Notes: a model not told the origin generated them from the letters alone. Positions 27,854-37,316 are shown, counted from the stretch's first letter. The stretch is 64,000 nucleotides of DNA from an uncultured virus (IMG/VR IMGVR_UViG_3300029951_000012) (IMGVR_UViG_3300029951_000012), one strand, 5' to 3'. Translations and numbers: made by a program.

Positions 27854-29484
27854 GCGCTTCCCCTCCGTCGCTTATTCTCTGCTTCCCATCGCAATACAGC
27901 CATGCCCTTCGTGTGCATCGGCTTGTCGCCAAGGCTATCATAAAACTCCTGCGCCCTCACCGACAAAGGCGCTTGCATATTTGCCGTGTGCATTGAGTAT
28001 GCCCAATAGCGCAGGAAATCACCCACATCGTCAGCCTTGGTCGGCTGCTTCCAAACGTCCTCAGCCCGGCCCGGATGCTTAGTATCTCGAATGAGCATCG
28101 GAACGGCTTCGATAGTGTCGGTGCATCGTGAAGAAATAAATAGCAAAGGGGTCTTCAAAGAGTAACCCCCTGCCTCTTTGTCAAAATCATCATCAGTGCG
28201 CGTCGGAGCCATCTTTCCCGCAAGCACATCTGCCGTCTTCTTCATCATGGCGTACAGAAACCGCCACCCACCTATACGCCCATTCGCCGCTTGTTCTGCC
28301 CACGGCAACCCAGCCAACCGCAACTCTTGATTGATGGTGTCTGCCGTACTGTGCCCTTTGGAGTCCTTTTCCCACGCGTCCACAGAGAGAAAATACCGCT
28401 TCATCTGCTTGCGCTCGTTCTCGTCCATCATGCCGACCAACTGACGGATTAGTTCACCCTGCTCAGTCTCCTGCACTACATGGTCACGGCACAGCACCCA
28501 GACCTCCACAGGCTCATCTATGACAACGCCGAAGACTTCGTGGAATTGCTTGGGAGCGACCTTTCCCCCTGTACCCCATCCACACGCCGCGTGATGCACA
28601 AATCCATCATCGTGACCTGCCCATCTAGGCCACCACGGTTGCACCAACTTGGCCTCTTGCTGGGCCGTCAGTATCAGCTTCGATTCATCCCACACACCCG
28701 CGAAATACTGCCCTGCGAAGCTATCGAACGAACCGAGAAGATGGCCGGCGCGTAGGCTCTGCGGTAGCGCATTGAGTTTTCGTCCCTCCGCCGTTCTATC
28801 TACGAATAGCTCGAATCGTTCTTCGCTGCTCATCGCGTAGAACTGCTTTGCGGTCAATCCCAACCCACTGAACCATACGAAATTGTCCCACCCAAACATA
28901 TGCACAAACTCATAGTCGGTTGGTCGTTCTCCGCCATGAAAGCGTCTCTGCGCAAACACCCGTCTCAGGAACTCAGTACCCACACCGCCAGGATTGAAGA
29001 ACAGCGCCGTTTTGCACTCACCCAAAGCTGTATCAGGCCAGCGGTTGCAGGTGTGCATAATCTGCAACTCGTACTCGCTGAACTGCTCGGCTTGGTCTAC
29101 AAATAGGTCGTAATACTGCACGCCCCAGAACTTGCGATCAACTTCCTGCTGATTCTCTGCATAAGCAAACACAATGCGAGAACCATTGGGCAATCGAAAC
29201 TCATGGTCGCCAGCTCTCCAGTAATCACGCAGTTCAGGCCACTCGCGCATGAATTCGTCCACATGGTTTCGCTTGACCTCATCCCAGACTCTTCGAACAA
29301 TGCAGCCATCCGTGCCGGGGCGGTTCTGCCTGCGGTCGAGCATGATACGTCGGATAGCAGCGCTCTTGCCACCTGCGCGACTTCCGCCACCACCAATCCA
29401 AGTTGCTGCATCAGGCCCGGTTTTGTAGATGAGCTTGCCAAGTTCGAGTTGCTTGGGTTGGAGACGTAGCTCGATAGGCTTCAT
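27835..29484 (-). CDS. terL: Terminase large subunit
   Basis: LQPKQ, Walker A GGSRAGGKS, Walker B LFVDQAEQ, FNPGG coupling motif, RNase-H-like GHDDG...DDVGD; likely start MKPIEL. Confidence 0.9.
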   Translation of the reverse strand: MKPIELRLQPKQLELGKLIYKTGPDAATWIGGGGSRAGGKSAAIRRIMLDRRQNRPGTDGCIVRRVWDEVKRNHVDEFMREWPELRDYWRAGDHEFRLPNGSRIVFAYAENQQEVDRKFWGVQYYDLFVDQAEQFSEYELQIMHTCNRWPDTALGECKTALFFNPGGVGTEFLRRVFAQRRFHGGERPTDYEFVHMFGWDNFVWFSGLGLTAKQFYAMSSEERFELFVDRTAEGRKLNALPQSLRAGHLLGSFDSFAGQYFAGVWDESKLILTAQQEAKLVQPWWPRWAGHDDGFVHHAACGWGTGGKVAPKQFHEVFGVVIDEPVEVWVLCRDHVVQETEQGELIRQLVGMMDENERKQMKRYFLSVDAWEKDSKGHSTADTINQELRLAGLPWAEQAANGRIGGWRFLYAMMKKTADVLAGKMAPTRTDDDFDKEAGGYSLKTPLLFISSRCTDTIEAVPMLIRDTKHPGRAEDVWKQPTKADDVGDFLRYWAYSMHTANMQAPLSVRAQEFYDSLGDKPMHTKGMAVLRWEAENKRRRGSAWSGRQ

Positions 29485-29500
29485 AGCTGCGGGGAGGGAG

Positions 29501-29941
29501 TCATTTCGGTTCAGGTGAGGCCGCTTGTAACAGCTTCTCAAGCGTAGAAGCGGCGTAGCAGTAGAAGCTAGTGGGTGTGCGCGGATAGTATTGCAGAACC
29601 CAGAGAGAATCAAGCCGGATGCACTCTGCCTTCTCTTCCTCTGAGATGTCAGCGAACTGCGTTTGAGGGTCGCCGTGGTCATGGTTCTCAAACCACTTCT
29701 CTACTGTGGAGAAATCGCCCTTGTGCGGGTTGTGTTCAAGGTATAGACCGCCCTCAGCCGGAAGCTGTGTCAGCAACGCTGATGCGCGGTACATCTCCAG
29801 GAGTTTGTCGTAGTCAGAGGCGCGCACCCAACCGCCGTCATCTGCTACCACAAAGGCGCACTCATCGTTGGTCACGTCCTTGCCATAGATGCTGACATAC
29901 CGCTCTACTGCTTCAGGGTCGAACTCAAGGGGTGCGCTCAT
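29501..29941 (-). CDS. Hypothetical phage protein
   Basis: GGWVRASDY motif; coupled ORF. Confidence 0.6.
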   Translation of the reverse strand: MSAPLEFDPEAVERYVSIYGKDVTNDECAFVVADDGGWVRASDYDKLLEMYRASALLTQLPAEGGLYLEHNPHKGDFSTVEKWFENHDHGDPQTQFADISEEEKAECIRLDSLWVLQYYPRTPTSFYCYAASTLEKLLQAASPEPK

Positions 29942-30411
29942 CTTGCCAGCCTCCAGTTTCCATGCTGAATCTTACCGCTATGTGGAGCTTTTCCGCAGGT
30001 GTAGTGTTCGCCAGTCTGCTCATCATGCTCGCTCAGAAAGCCGCAGACCGCAGTTGTTTCTGCACCCGTAACAGTCGCCCCTTCGGGCAAGTTGAAGCCG
30101 TGGTCATTAGGTTTCGCCATGATGCCAGAGACAAGCGCCTCAAGGTCAGGCTTGCCAATCCTCATCTCTGAGCCAGCGACGGGCGGGTGAGCTTCTGGAC
30201 GGATAGTTATCACGCCCTCAGCGGGAACAGAAATAGTGGTGAAGGTTCTCGTTTCGTCAGTCGCTGCAACCTTGCCCGTAAAGCTGATTTTGGTGTGCCA
30301 AGAACGGCTCTTACACTTCGAGCATTGCGCTGGAGGGTCGATACCAACTGCGAGCCAAGTATGACCGCACGTTACAACCTCACAACGCCAAGCCCAAACC
30401 TGCAATCTCAT
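29938..30411 (-). CDS. Zn-ribbon hypothetical protein
   Basis: CxxxxCGHxW...CxxCKSxxW. Confidence 0.6.
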   Translation of the reverse strand: MRLQVWAWRCEVVTCGHTWLAVGIDPPAQCSKCKSRSWHTKISFTGKVAATDETRTFTTISVPAEGVITIRPEAHPPVAGSEMRIGKPDLEALVSGIMAKPNDHGFNLPEGATVTGAETTAVCGFLSEHDEQTGEHYTCGKAPHSGKIQHGNWRLAR

Positions 30412-30448
30412 GTGTTCTATTGTCTCATAAATGCGAGACGTTGGAACA

Positions 30449-30805
30449 CTAACTCACATGAGCAATAACAGAACCCGGCCCTGCGCCTGCCGCCACAGCC
30501 CAGTAGTACGCATAGCCCAGCGTGTCCTGATAGCTTGTGCCAGCAGTAGGCGTGCCCAGAGATACGCCGTTCTGCGGCGCTCCAGAGCTTCCACCCGTAG
30601 GCGGCGTATTCGAGCCGTAGATCGTTGCCCCAATGCCCACGCACTGAAACGTGATGCTCCTACGCGCAACAGCACCCGAATCAAGCGGCGCAATCACACG
30701 CGAAATCGACCCCATTGCAATCGTGTCCGTCGCTGAAAACAAAGGCGTTGTCGTGCCCGAAGAGACTTGAATCGTAAGCGGCCCGTAAGGGTTGAAGAGT
30801 GGCAT
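30449..30805 (-). CDS. Small beta-rich putative structural protein
   Basis: GAGGTG RBS; Thr/Gly/Ala-rich. Confidence 0.6.
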   Translation of the reverse strand: MPLFNPYGPLTIQVSSGTTTPLFSATDTIAMGSISRVIAPLDSGAVARRSITFQCVGIGATIYGSNTPPTGGSSGAPQNGVSLGTPTAGTSYQDTLGYAYYWAVAAGAGPGSVIAHVS

Positions 30806-30828
30806 GGAATCACCTCAAAGCGATGCTA

Positions 30829-31296
30829 TCACGACTCTAAAATTGACTTCGTAACAAACTGTATCGGCCCGCCATCCTTGCCGGCGTGGTTCAGGTCGAG
30901 ACGCTCCCCGTATTTCTTGGGGTTTAGCTGCCCAGCCCGCTTCATAAGCGTCTGGACGATGAGCTTGGAGCGCTCCACGTTGTCCCCGGTCTTCTCCTGC
31001 GTGCCCCACTCTTGTGTAGTGGTCACAAGCCCGACGCGGCCCGTATGTGCCTCATTTACAGCAGCATCCGCGTAGGTGTCAGCAGAAAGCACTCGTGCGC
31101 GCGCGGAACTCTCCGCAAATGCCTCGTTACTTTTCATCCAACGGTAAACAGTTGTGAGGCCAGGAGTTCCTTCCCATTCCGGTTCGGCCCTCATCGTGTC
31201 CAGAACATGCTCCAAACCCATTCTTGATTCCACCAAACGCTCACAGATTTCGTCTGCTATCTGTTGGTCGAAAGGGATTGAGGGTCTGCCAGCCAT
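30829..31296 (-). CDS. terS: Terminase small subunit
   Basis: MAGRPS...IADEICERL...TVYRW...PKKYG pattern (Sf6/P22-like); TGaTATCCT -10 lies 7 nt before the ATG. Confidence 0.85.
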   Translation of the reverse strand: MAGRPSIPFDQQIADEICERLVESRMGLEHVLDTMRAEPEWEGTPGLTTVYRWMKSNEAFAESSARARVLSADTYADAAVNEAHTGRVGLVTTTQEWGTQEKTGDNVERSKLIVQTLMKRAGQLNPKKYGERLDLNHAGKDGGPIQFVTKSILES

Positions 31297-31390
31297 AGGG
31301 GGTAAGGATATCAGACAGCCACGAGAAAATAAAGGGCAATAATTGACTTGGCTAACCCAGCGGAACAGGAGAGCTGTGACTTCAGTGGTT

Positions 31391-31687
31391 TTAGGGCTTT
31401 TTGGCGAGAACGTATGTATTAACGGCCCAGCCAATGATCGTGCCCGCAGTTATGCACACGCCTATTACCCAGCGAAAGGCAACCTTGTATCCATGCACTT
31501 CTTCGCTAAGTTTCGTCACCTTATCTCGTAGGTCTTTGGCCTCACCTTTAAGGTGAGCAACGGCCTCCATCAGACCACCAATCTTGTGCGCAGTATCTAG
31601 ATTGTGTTCGATAGGCGGAGATGGAGACCTGACTGGAAAATCTTCAGGGGTGACAAACTCTCGATAGGGCTGGCGATGTTCAGGCAT
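31391..31687 (-). CDS. Coiled-coil plus C-terminal TM protein (moron)
   Basis: Coupled to 31680-31964. Confidence 0.6.
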   Translation of the reverse strand: MPEHRQPYREFVTPEDFPVRSPSPPIEHNLDTAHKIGGLMEAVAHLKGEAKDLRDKVTKLSEEVHGYKVAFRWVIGVCITAGTIIGWAVNTYVLAKKP

Positions 31688-31964
31688 TCACTGGAGGCTG
31701 CGCGGCTAACCACTCCCACACTTCGGGCTTCGCCACACCGAAATATCCCTTCACCGGCACGACGAAAAAGGTTTGCGGGCTGGAGATTCCGAGGCTATCC
31801 GACATCTCTTTGCTGGTGATACTAGTGGATCTAATGAGCCACTTTCCCGCTTCGATCTTGAGTGATTGTGTAGGGAATTTTTGCGCAACCGCAGCGTCAA
31901 CCGCTTCCGTGCTGCCATTTAGCGAAATCAATAAATACGTTGCCATCTGTCCTGAACTTACCAT
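31680..31964 (-). CDS. Small ferredoxin-fold-like (Cas2/SinR-like) protein (moron)
   Basis: YLLIS...WLIRS...FFVV...YFG...WEWL pattern. Confidence 0.45.
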   Translation of the reverse strand: MVSSGQMATYLLISLNGSTEAVDAAVAQKFPTQSLKIEAGKWLIRSTSITSKEMSDSLGISSPQTFFVVPVKGYFGVAKPEVWEWLAAQPPVNA

Positions 31965-32227
31965 ACTGGTTTTGGAATGATGAGCGCAAGACAGCGGTTA
32001 TCAGTCAGCGTGGCATGGGAGAGGCGCTGGGGATGAGCACACAGAGCGGAGGACGATTCCCGCGATTCATCAACGGCAAGGCCATCGCTAAATACATCGG
32101 TCCCGAACTCAAGGAAAAACTCGATAAACCCCTTGTTTTTCAGGCATCCGCATCGGTCCCGAACTTGGGTATGACGCTAGAAAAAGTACATGGGTTCGAC
32201 GTTACGCTCTTGATCGAAGTGTGTGAG
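31965..32227 (+). pseudogene. Fragment of a P63C-family protein (N-terminal part)
   Basis: NDERKTAVISQRGMGEALG...[11 protein letters not shown]; no credible start, no C-terminal domain. Confidence 0.55.
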
Positions 32228-32322
32228 TGTGCAGAGAAGGCCGTCGAAGTCGCCAGCAAGAGCCTTTGCCACTCTCGATTCCGGCGATTGCTGCATCGAG
32301 ACCTAACTTCCATCGCGTCCCA

Positions 32323-32634
32323 TCAGCATTTAGGCCTCCGACAAAACTGATTCGGGGGTGGAGGTGCAAAAGTCAGTTTTTCCAGCACCGCAACCTGTTT
32401 TTTCAACGAGGCAATTTTCTTGTCTCGACGCTTGATTGCATCAGTAACGGCGTCCGCGCGGTTACGGAATGTGGACGACTTCGATTGAAGGCCGTCAAGA
32501 GGCTCATCCCTTTCAGGGTTGTAATATTCCACGCCATCATACGAAGTCCACAGGGTAGCGCGGCTCTCCATGATGCCATTGGTTAGAGCGTACTTGCTAG
32601 ACCAAATCATAAATATCTCAGGTGTCTCACTCAT
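32323..32634 (-). CDS. Hypothetical early protein
   Basis: SKYALTNGI motif; GGAG RBS. Confidence 0.65.
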   Translation of the reverse strand: MSETPEIFMIWSSKYALTNGIMESRATLWTSYDGVEYYNPERDEPLDGLQSKSSTFRNRADAVTDAIKRRDKKIASLKKQVAVLEKLTFAPPPPNQFCRRPKC

Positions 32635-32655
32635 TTTCTACTCCATCCTCGCTAG

Positions 32656-32985
32656 TCAGGCGGCTAATTCCCAAAATCCCGCATAGTAATTGCGGGCGTG
32701 GGCGTATCCATCAGGAAGCACGCACCACAACATGCCAGTTCCTAACACCTTGCAGAGTGTACCCATATCTCCGCTTTTCTTCCGTAGGGTGATGTTAGAT
32801 TCGTGCGCGTGTTGTGAAAGTCGAACCCTAACTCCGTTGACGCGCTTGATTTGCGCGTTTACAAGGAATACCTCAGCTTCCCGCGCAGGCTTCTCTACTT
32901 CGAGATATCGCTTCCATGAGGCCGCGTTAGCCTGTCTCGTGCGGACACCCTTACGTGCTGCTTTCTGTCGCTTAGTGAGTTTCAT
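32656..32985 (-). CDS. Hypothetical early protein
   Basis: ATGA-coupled ORF. Confidence 0.6.
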   Translation of the reverse strand: MKLTKRQKAARKGVRTRQANAASWKRYLEVEKPAREAEVFLVNAQIKRVNGVRVRLSQHAHESNITLRKKSGDMGTLCKVLGTGMLWCVLPDGYAHARNYYAGFWELAA

Positions 32986-33254
32986 TTCGCCTCCAACTGC
33001 TTCTCTAACTCCGCAATCCTGTCAAGCAGTTTGATTACAGTTTCTGGGGATGCCGCTGCGGTGTAGGCCGCGAGTGCTTTGCGTTTCACTTGAAGCGGGT
33101 CTTGGTCGCGCGGAATGAACTGCTGCGCTTGTATTATGCAGCGCCATTCATCGCCAATCTTAGCCTCTATCTCGAATCCTGCACCGACTACAGACACTTC
33201 CCATAAACCTTCAGGGGCCTTGCTTGCCAGCGCTCTCAGCTCATCATTGGTCAT
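32982..33254 (-). CDS. Ead/Ea22-like early protein
   Basis: AAASPETVIKLLDRIAELE motif. Confidence 0.6.
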   Translation of the reverse strand: MTNDELRALASKAPEGLWEVSVVGAGFEIEAKIGDEWRCIIQAQQFIPRDQDPLQVKRKALAAYTAAASPETVIKLLDRIAELEKQLEAK

Positions 33255-33370
33255 TGGGTTTCCTCTCGGCCAGAAATTCTTTGATTCCACTCGACAGCGC
33301 ATATTTACTGGACAATACAGTCAGAACCGCATCGCTCATTCGTCTCCTGCTTTCTGGCTCTCGCCCTTGC

Positions 33371-33838
33371 TCACAGTTCTTTCAGTGAAATCTTTCCGCC
33401 GCTCTTGTTGATTAGACCCGCCTTGTTGAGCGTGCATACGACTCCAGCGATACTGCCATTCGCGCAGCCAATGAGGATGCGTAGCTGGGTCTGCGTCATA
33501 GCGCCGTGAACCATCAGCGCGTCAATAGCCTTTGCGGGGTGACCGCTGAGCTTCTGCTTCCACTGCTCCCATGCCGCGCTCACGCGTGGAGTCGCAGCCG
33601 TAGCGGATCCGCCCATCGCATCAAGCTCGCCAAACATCTTCTTGAGGCCGTTGTGAAGCGGAAAGAGAATGTCTCGTAGTTGGCTCACGCCTTGCTCGAT
33701 AGCCGCCGTCTTCTGGCGCTCCAATCGCAACTCTTCCTGCGCCTCAGCTAGTTGCTGATTGCGCTGATAGAGTTCGCGCTGGAGAGATTCAACCACGCCC
33801 TGCGGGCTGGGTGTTCCTGTAAGTATCAGTCCCATCAC
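33371..33838 (-). CDS. Coiled-coil plus winged-HTH protein
   Basis: C-terminal wHTH-like pattern ending LNKAGLI. Confidence 0.6.
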   Translation of the reverse strand: MMGLILTGTPSPQGVVESLQRELYQRNQQLAEAQEELRLERQKTAAIEQGVSQLRDILFPLHNGLKKMFGELDAMGGSATAATPRVSAAWEQWKQKLSGHPAKAIDALMVHGAMTQTQLRILIGCANGSIAGVVCTLNKAGLINKSGGKISLKEL

Positions 33839-34434
33839 TCACCGCTTCCTTGCATCAGCTTTGCCCGGAACGCTCCGAGCGTCTGCGTGAGAATTGCTGG
33901 AGCGCCTACGTCTTCGAGGCGACGGATGTAAAAGAACGACATCTGCAACGCCTTGAGGTTCAGCCGCGCTTCGTCGTATTGGTCAATCGCCATGACGTAT
34001 TCGTGGGCGTGAGAGTGTGTGCCTGTCACCCACGCGACCGCCGCCTTACGCCAATGGCTGAATTGCATGAATAGTGCTGGGTCGCCAGTCTGCGGATTGT
34101 CGGGATGGTATTTCATGGCCTTCGCACGGAAGGCAGCGTCAATCTCGGCAACAGTAGGCGCGGGATTGTCAAAACCCAAACCCTGCTGCCACGAAAAATC
34201 TTCCTTCTTGCGTGAGAACCAGACAGCCACGCCGGGGTCAAGATGTTCATTGTCGCTGCGGGATACAAGCACAGAGGTCGCACCCAAACGCTCCAACTCT
34301 TGCGTTAGTTTTTGGCGCGTGACAGCCCAGCCCTCCTTCCATCGGCCTTGACCCACACGCTCCTTGATGCGGGTGCGCTCTAAACCATCCGGCCACTTCA
34401 ACTTTGTCTCTTCGATAATGTCAATCTTCGCCAT
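33835..34434 (-). CDS. J-domain (DnaJ-like) phage protein
   Basis: AFRAKAMKYHPD motif. Confidence 0.75.
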   Translation of the reverse strand: MAKIDIIEETKLKWPDGLERTRIKERVGQGRWKEGWAVTRQKLTQELERLGATSVLVSRSDNEHLDPGVAVWFSRKKEDFSWQQGLGFDNPAPTVAEIDAAFRAKAMKYHPDNPQTGDPALFMQFSHWRKAAVAWVTGTHSHAHEYVMAIDQYDEARLNLKALQMSFFYIRRLEDVGAPAILTQTLGAFRAKLMQGSGE

Positions 34435-34650
34435 TTATTTCGCTCCAATCTTGTAGTAGGTGATGACCGAAGTCTTTTGTTTGCGGAACCCAAACCGATT
34501 TAGAATCTTCGGGCCGATGTCGCGCTTGCCAAGGTAAACATCTGATAGATATGCCGCAGAAACGCCCAGCGATATAGCGAACTGGCGCAGTGATTGCGAC
34601 TTTTGACGCTCTTTTATCAGGCGCAGAATATGATCTTTTGTCACTTCCAT
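34435..34650 (-). CDS. Cro-like XRE HTH regulator
   Basis: SLRQFAISLGVSAAYLSDVYLGKR. Confidence 0.8.
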   Translation of the reverse strand: MEVTKDHILRLIKERQKSQSLRQFAISLGVSAAYLSDVYLGKRDIGPKILNRFGFRKQKTSVITYYKIGAK

Positions 34651-34657
34651 GAAACCG

Positions 34658-34744
34658 AATTTATACCCTCTCAGGGTGGGTGTCAACTTATTTTAGCAAT
34701 GTTAGCCAATTCCGCTTGACACGTTTCTACGCATCGGCTAAATT
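34658..34744. promoter_or_regulatory. Divergent early promoters
   Basis: Leftward TTGACA(34686-81)-17-TAAATT(34663-58), leaderless; rightward TTGACA(34716-21)-17-TAAATT(34739-44). Confidence 0.75.
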
Positions 34745-34784
34745 GGATACACGCTCAAGAACGAAAGAGCACAGGAGATGACAC

Positions 34785-35588
34785 ATGGCAAGCGGCGTAA
34801 AGGAACTTGAGGGGCGCGTAGGCGTTCGAGACATGGTGCGGTTCGACCCATTCAAAATCAAGGTCGAGAAAAACTTCAACCCCCGCGTGAAGGAAACTCT
34901 ACGCGCCAATATCGACCGCTTGAAGCCCATGATTGCTTCGGCTGGTGGCGTACTTCAGCCTCTCTGGGTGCGCCGCGATGGTGAGGATTGCATCCTGATT
35001 GATGGTGAATCCCGCCTGACTGCCGTCAAGGAACTCATCAAGGAAGGACTTCTGCCGGCAACAGAGGGGAAGGACGACAAGCCCTTTGGTGTTCCTGTTC
35101 TGTGTATGGAAGGTTCCGCGGATGAAGTCACGCGCATCAAGTATGCGATGACAGCTAACGGCGGCGCTCCGCTTGAGAAGTGGGAGATTGGTAAGAACTA
35201 CGCTCGTCTCATCAACCTCGGACAGACAGAGGAAGATATCGCCACGGCGTTCGGCAAGACTCCGCAGTACATCGCTTCCTGTCTCGCTCTCAACGATGCC
35301 GACGACACTGTAAAGCATATGTTGGTAATGGGTGAGGTTTCTGAGGGCAAGGCTGTATCAGCCGTCAAGAAGTTTGGTTCGAAGGCCGCAGAGCACATTG
35401 CGGCGGCTCCGAAAAACGCCAAGGGCAAAGTAGTACGCGAGCGGAAGCAGGAGTTTGACGTGAAAGCTCTCGTAAAGGCTGTGCGTGTACTTCTGGCGGA
35501 TGCCGCCCAACAAGGCAAGCCTGTCGTGTTTGAGATTCATTCCGATCTCGTCCGCGATGTACGCGAAGCAATGAAGGGCGCTAAGTAG
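34785..35588 (+). CDS. ParB/Srx N-terminal domain protein
   Basis: FNPR, GVLQPLWV, LIDGESRLTA motifs plus HTH. Confidence 0.8.
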   Translation: MASGVKELEGRVGVRDMVRFDPFKIKVEKNFNPRVKETLRANIDRLKPMIASAGGVLQPLWVRRDGEDCILIDGESRLTAVKELIKEGLLPATEGKDDKPFGVPVLCMEGSADEVTRIKYAMTANGGAPLEKWEIGKNYARLINLGQTEEDIATAFGKTPQYIASCLALNDADDTVKHMLVMGEVSEGKAVSAVKKFGSKAAEHIAAAPKNAKGKVVRERKQEFDVKALVKAVRVLLADAAQQGKPVVFEIHSDLVRDVREAMKGAK

Positions 35589-35660
35589 TTTCGGCCTAAG
35601 CTGATTCACCCCCACCACTCAACCGTCTAGCGGAGTTGCTAGAAAGCAAGGGTAATAACC

Positions 35661-36152
35661 ATGAACACCTACAAAGTCTGGATGTCCGCAACAAGCACTA
35701 TCAACACGACCCTCGAAGTTGAGGCGCAGGATGAGCAAGACGCTCTGGAGAAGGCAAGAGATTACGCCATCGAGAACAGCCGCAATGCGGCGTCTGACCT
35801 TAGCTGGTACTACGAAGGCTCGGGCGATGTCGAATTAGACGATGAGTGCTGCTGGAAAGCGGACTTGGTACCCCCGCCGCCGCCCTACAAAAGCCCCACG
35901 GAGCGCATGGCTGAACTGATTGGCTCCCACCCGTTCACCGTAGTTGCGGAGAAGCGGTACTACCGCCTGTTCGCTGGCACAGAGGATGTCACCTTCACCG
36001 TCGCTAACTTTATGGGCTTGAAAACTCAAATGAGCGCGGGAAAGTACAAGTGTGACGCTGTGATGATGAATCCCACCACTTGCGCCAACGAGGTTCTAAC
36101 CAACCTATGCTCGAAGATCGGGCGTGAAGTCGGCCCCGTAACCGTACTCTAG
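35661..36152 (+). CDS. Hypothetical early protein
   Basis: EVEAQDEQDALEKA motif; flanked by 13-bp direct repeats. Confidence 0.65.
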   Translation: MNTYKVWMSATSTINTTLEVEAQDEQDALEKARDYAIENSRNAASDLSWYYEGSGDVELDDECCWKADLVPPPPPYKSPTERMAELIGSHPFTVVAEKRYYRLFAGTEDVTFTVANFMGLKTQMSAGKYKCDAVMMNPTTCANEVLTNLCSKIGREVGPVTVL

Positions 36153-36175
36153 CCCCACCACTCAAGGAGAAATAT

Positions 36176-36958
36176 ATGGACATTGTAAATATGGTCGGTG
36201 GAGTGATTTTTAGCGCAGCGGCGACCGTACTGAAAGACGCGTTGGTTGAAGCGGTAGAGAAGAAGGCCGACCTGCGCAGTGCCGACCTGTACGGTGCCAA
36301 CCTGTACGGTGCCTACCTGCGCGGTGCCAACCTGTACGGTGCCGACCTGCGCGGTGCCTACCTGTACGGTGCCAACCTGTACGGTGCCTACCTGCGCGGT
36401 GCCAACCTGTACGGTGCCGACCTGCGCGGTGCCGACCTGCGCGGTGCCAACCTGTACGGTGCCGACCTGCGCGGTGCCTACCTGCGCGGTGCCGACCTGC
36501 GCGGTGCCTACCTGCGCGGTGCCAACCTGTACGGTGCCAACCTGCGCGGTGCCGACCTGCGCGGTGCCAACCTGTACGGTGCCGACCTGCGCGGTGCCAA
36601 CCTGCGCAGTGCCGACCTGTACGGTGCCGACCTGCGCAGTGCCGACCTGCGCGGTGCCTACCTGCGCGGTGCCGACGGAGAGAAAAAGAAGGCCCACTCT
36701 ATCCGTATCTTTTCATCTTCCCTGTATCCCTTCGTAGTGCTTGCTGTGCTGTTTGAAGATGGGGAGCGCATGGTCAAGATGGGGTGCCTAGAGAAGACAC
36801 TGGCCCAGTGGAAGAAAGTAGGTATCCGTAAGAGCAACTTGTCCGAGTTTCCTGACGACAAATCCGAAAAATGTGAAGATCGCGTCGGTCTGTTCAATCT
36901 GGCTAAGGCTGCGGTTACGCGCATGAATCTGCCACCGAAAGCGAAGGCAACCAAATGA
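36176..36958 (+). CDS. Pentapeptide-repeat protein
   Basis: 27 A(D/N/Y)L(R/Y)(G/S) repeats. Confidence 0.9.
   Translation: MDIVNMVGGVIFSAAATVLKDALVEAVEKKADLRSADLYGANLYGAYLRGANLYGADLRGAYLYGANLYGAYLRGANLYGADLRGADLRGANLYGADLRGAYLRGADLRGAYLRGANLYGANLRGADLRGANLYGADLRGANLRSADLYGADLRSADLRGAYLRGADGEKKKAHSIRIFSSSLYPFVVLAVLFEDGERMVKMGCLEKTLAQWKKVGIRKSNLSEFPDDKSEKCEDRVGLFNLAKAAVTRMNLPPKAKATK
36266..36670 (+). repeat. 27 x 15-bp coding tandem repeat
   Basis: gcc(g/a/t)acctg(cgc/tac)(g/a)gt units. Confidence 0.95.
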
Positions 36959-37085
36959 CCTACGACGCAACCGCGCTCCTCGCTATCTACGTTTTTCTCG
37001 CCATACCTGCGTTCCTTGCTGCAATAGGTATTACGCAGTGGCTGGTTGAGTTTGTAATGTTTGCAGCACACCTCTGGAGGACACG

Positions 37086-37316
37086 ATGAGCGAAGCAATT
37101 GAAGGCCGCAAGGTTCGCCAGTTGGTTGTGGTGAGCGATACCGAGCATCAGGAAGGCATCTTCGCAGTTGTATGCGAGGACGGAACGATGTGGGAGCGCA
37201 GATATCTCTACAACGGGACGGCAGGCGGCAATAGGGGTTTGCCTGAAAACTTCGCTAACGTCTGGTTGCAGATTCAAGCCCCACCTGAACCAGACAACCA
37301 AGACATCAAGTTTTAG
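37086..37316 (+). CDS. Hypothetical protein
   Basis: AVVCEDGTMW motif; GGAGG RBS. Confidence 0.6.
   Translation: MSEAIEGRKVRQLVVVSDTEHQEGIFAVVCEDGTMWERRYLYNGTAGGNRGLPENFANVWLQIQAPPEPDNQDIKF

Noticed and set aside
29485..29691. N-terminal extension of the terL ORF
   Set aside because: Overlaps gene 29501-29941; terminase motifs begin at MKPIEL
36149..36737. Repetitive alternative-frame ORFs, and the array as a CRISPR or DGR
   Set aside because: Shadows of the pentapeptide repeat; no spacers, cas genes or reverse transcriptase in the window
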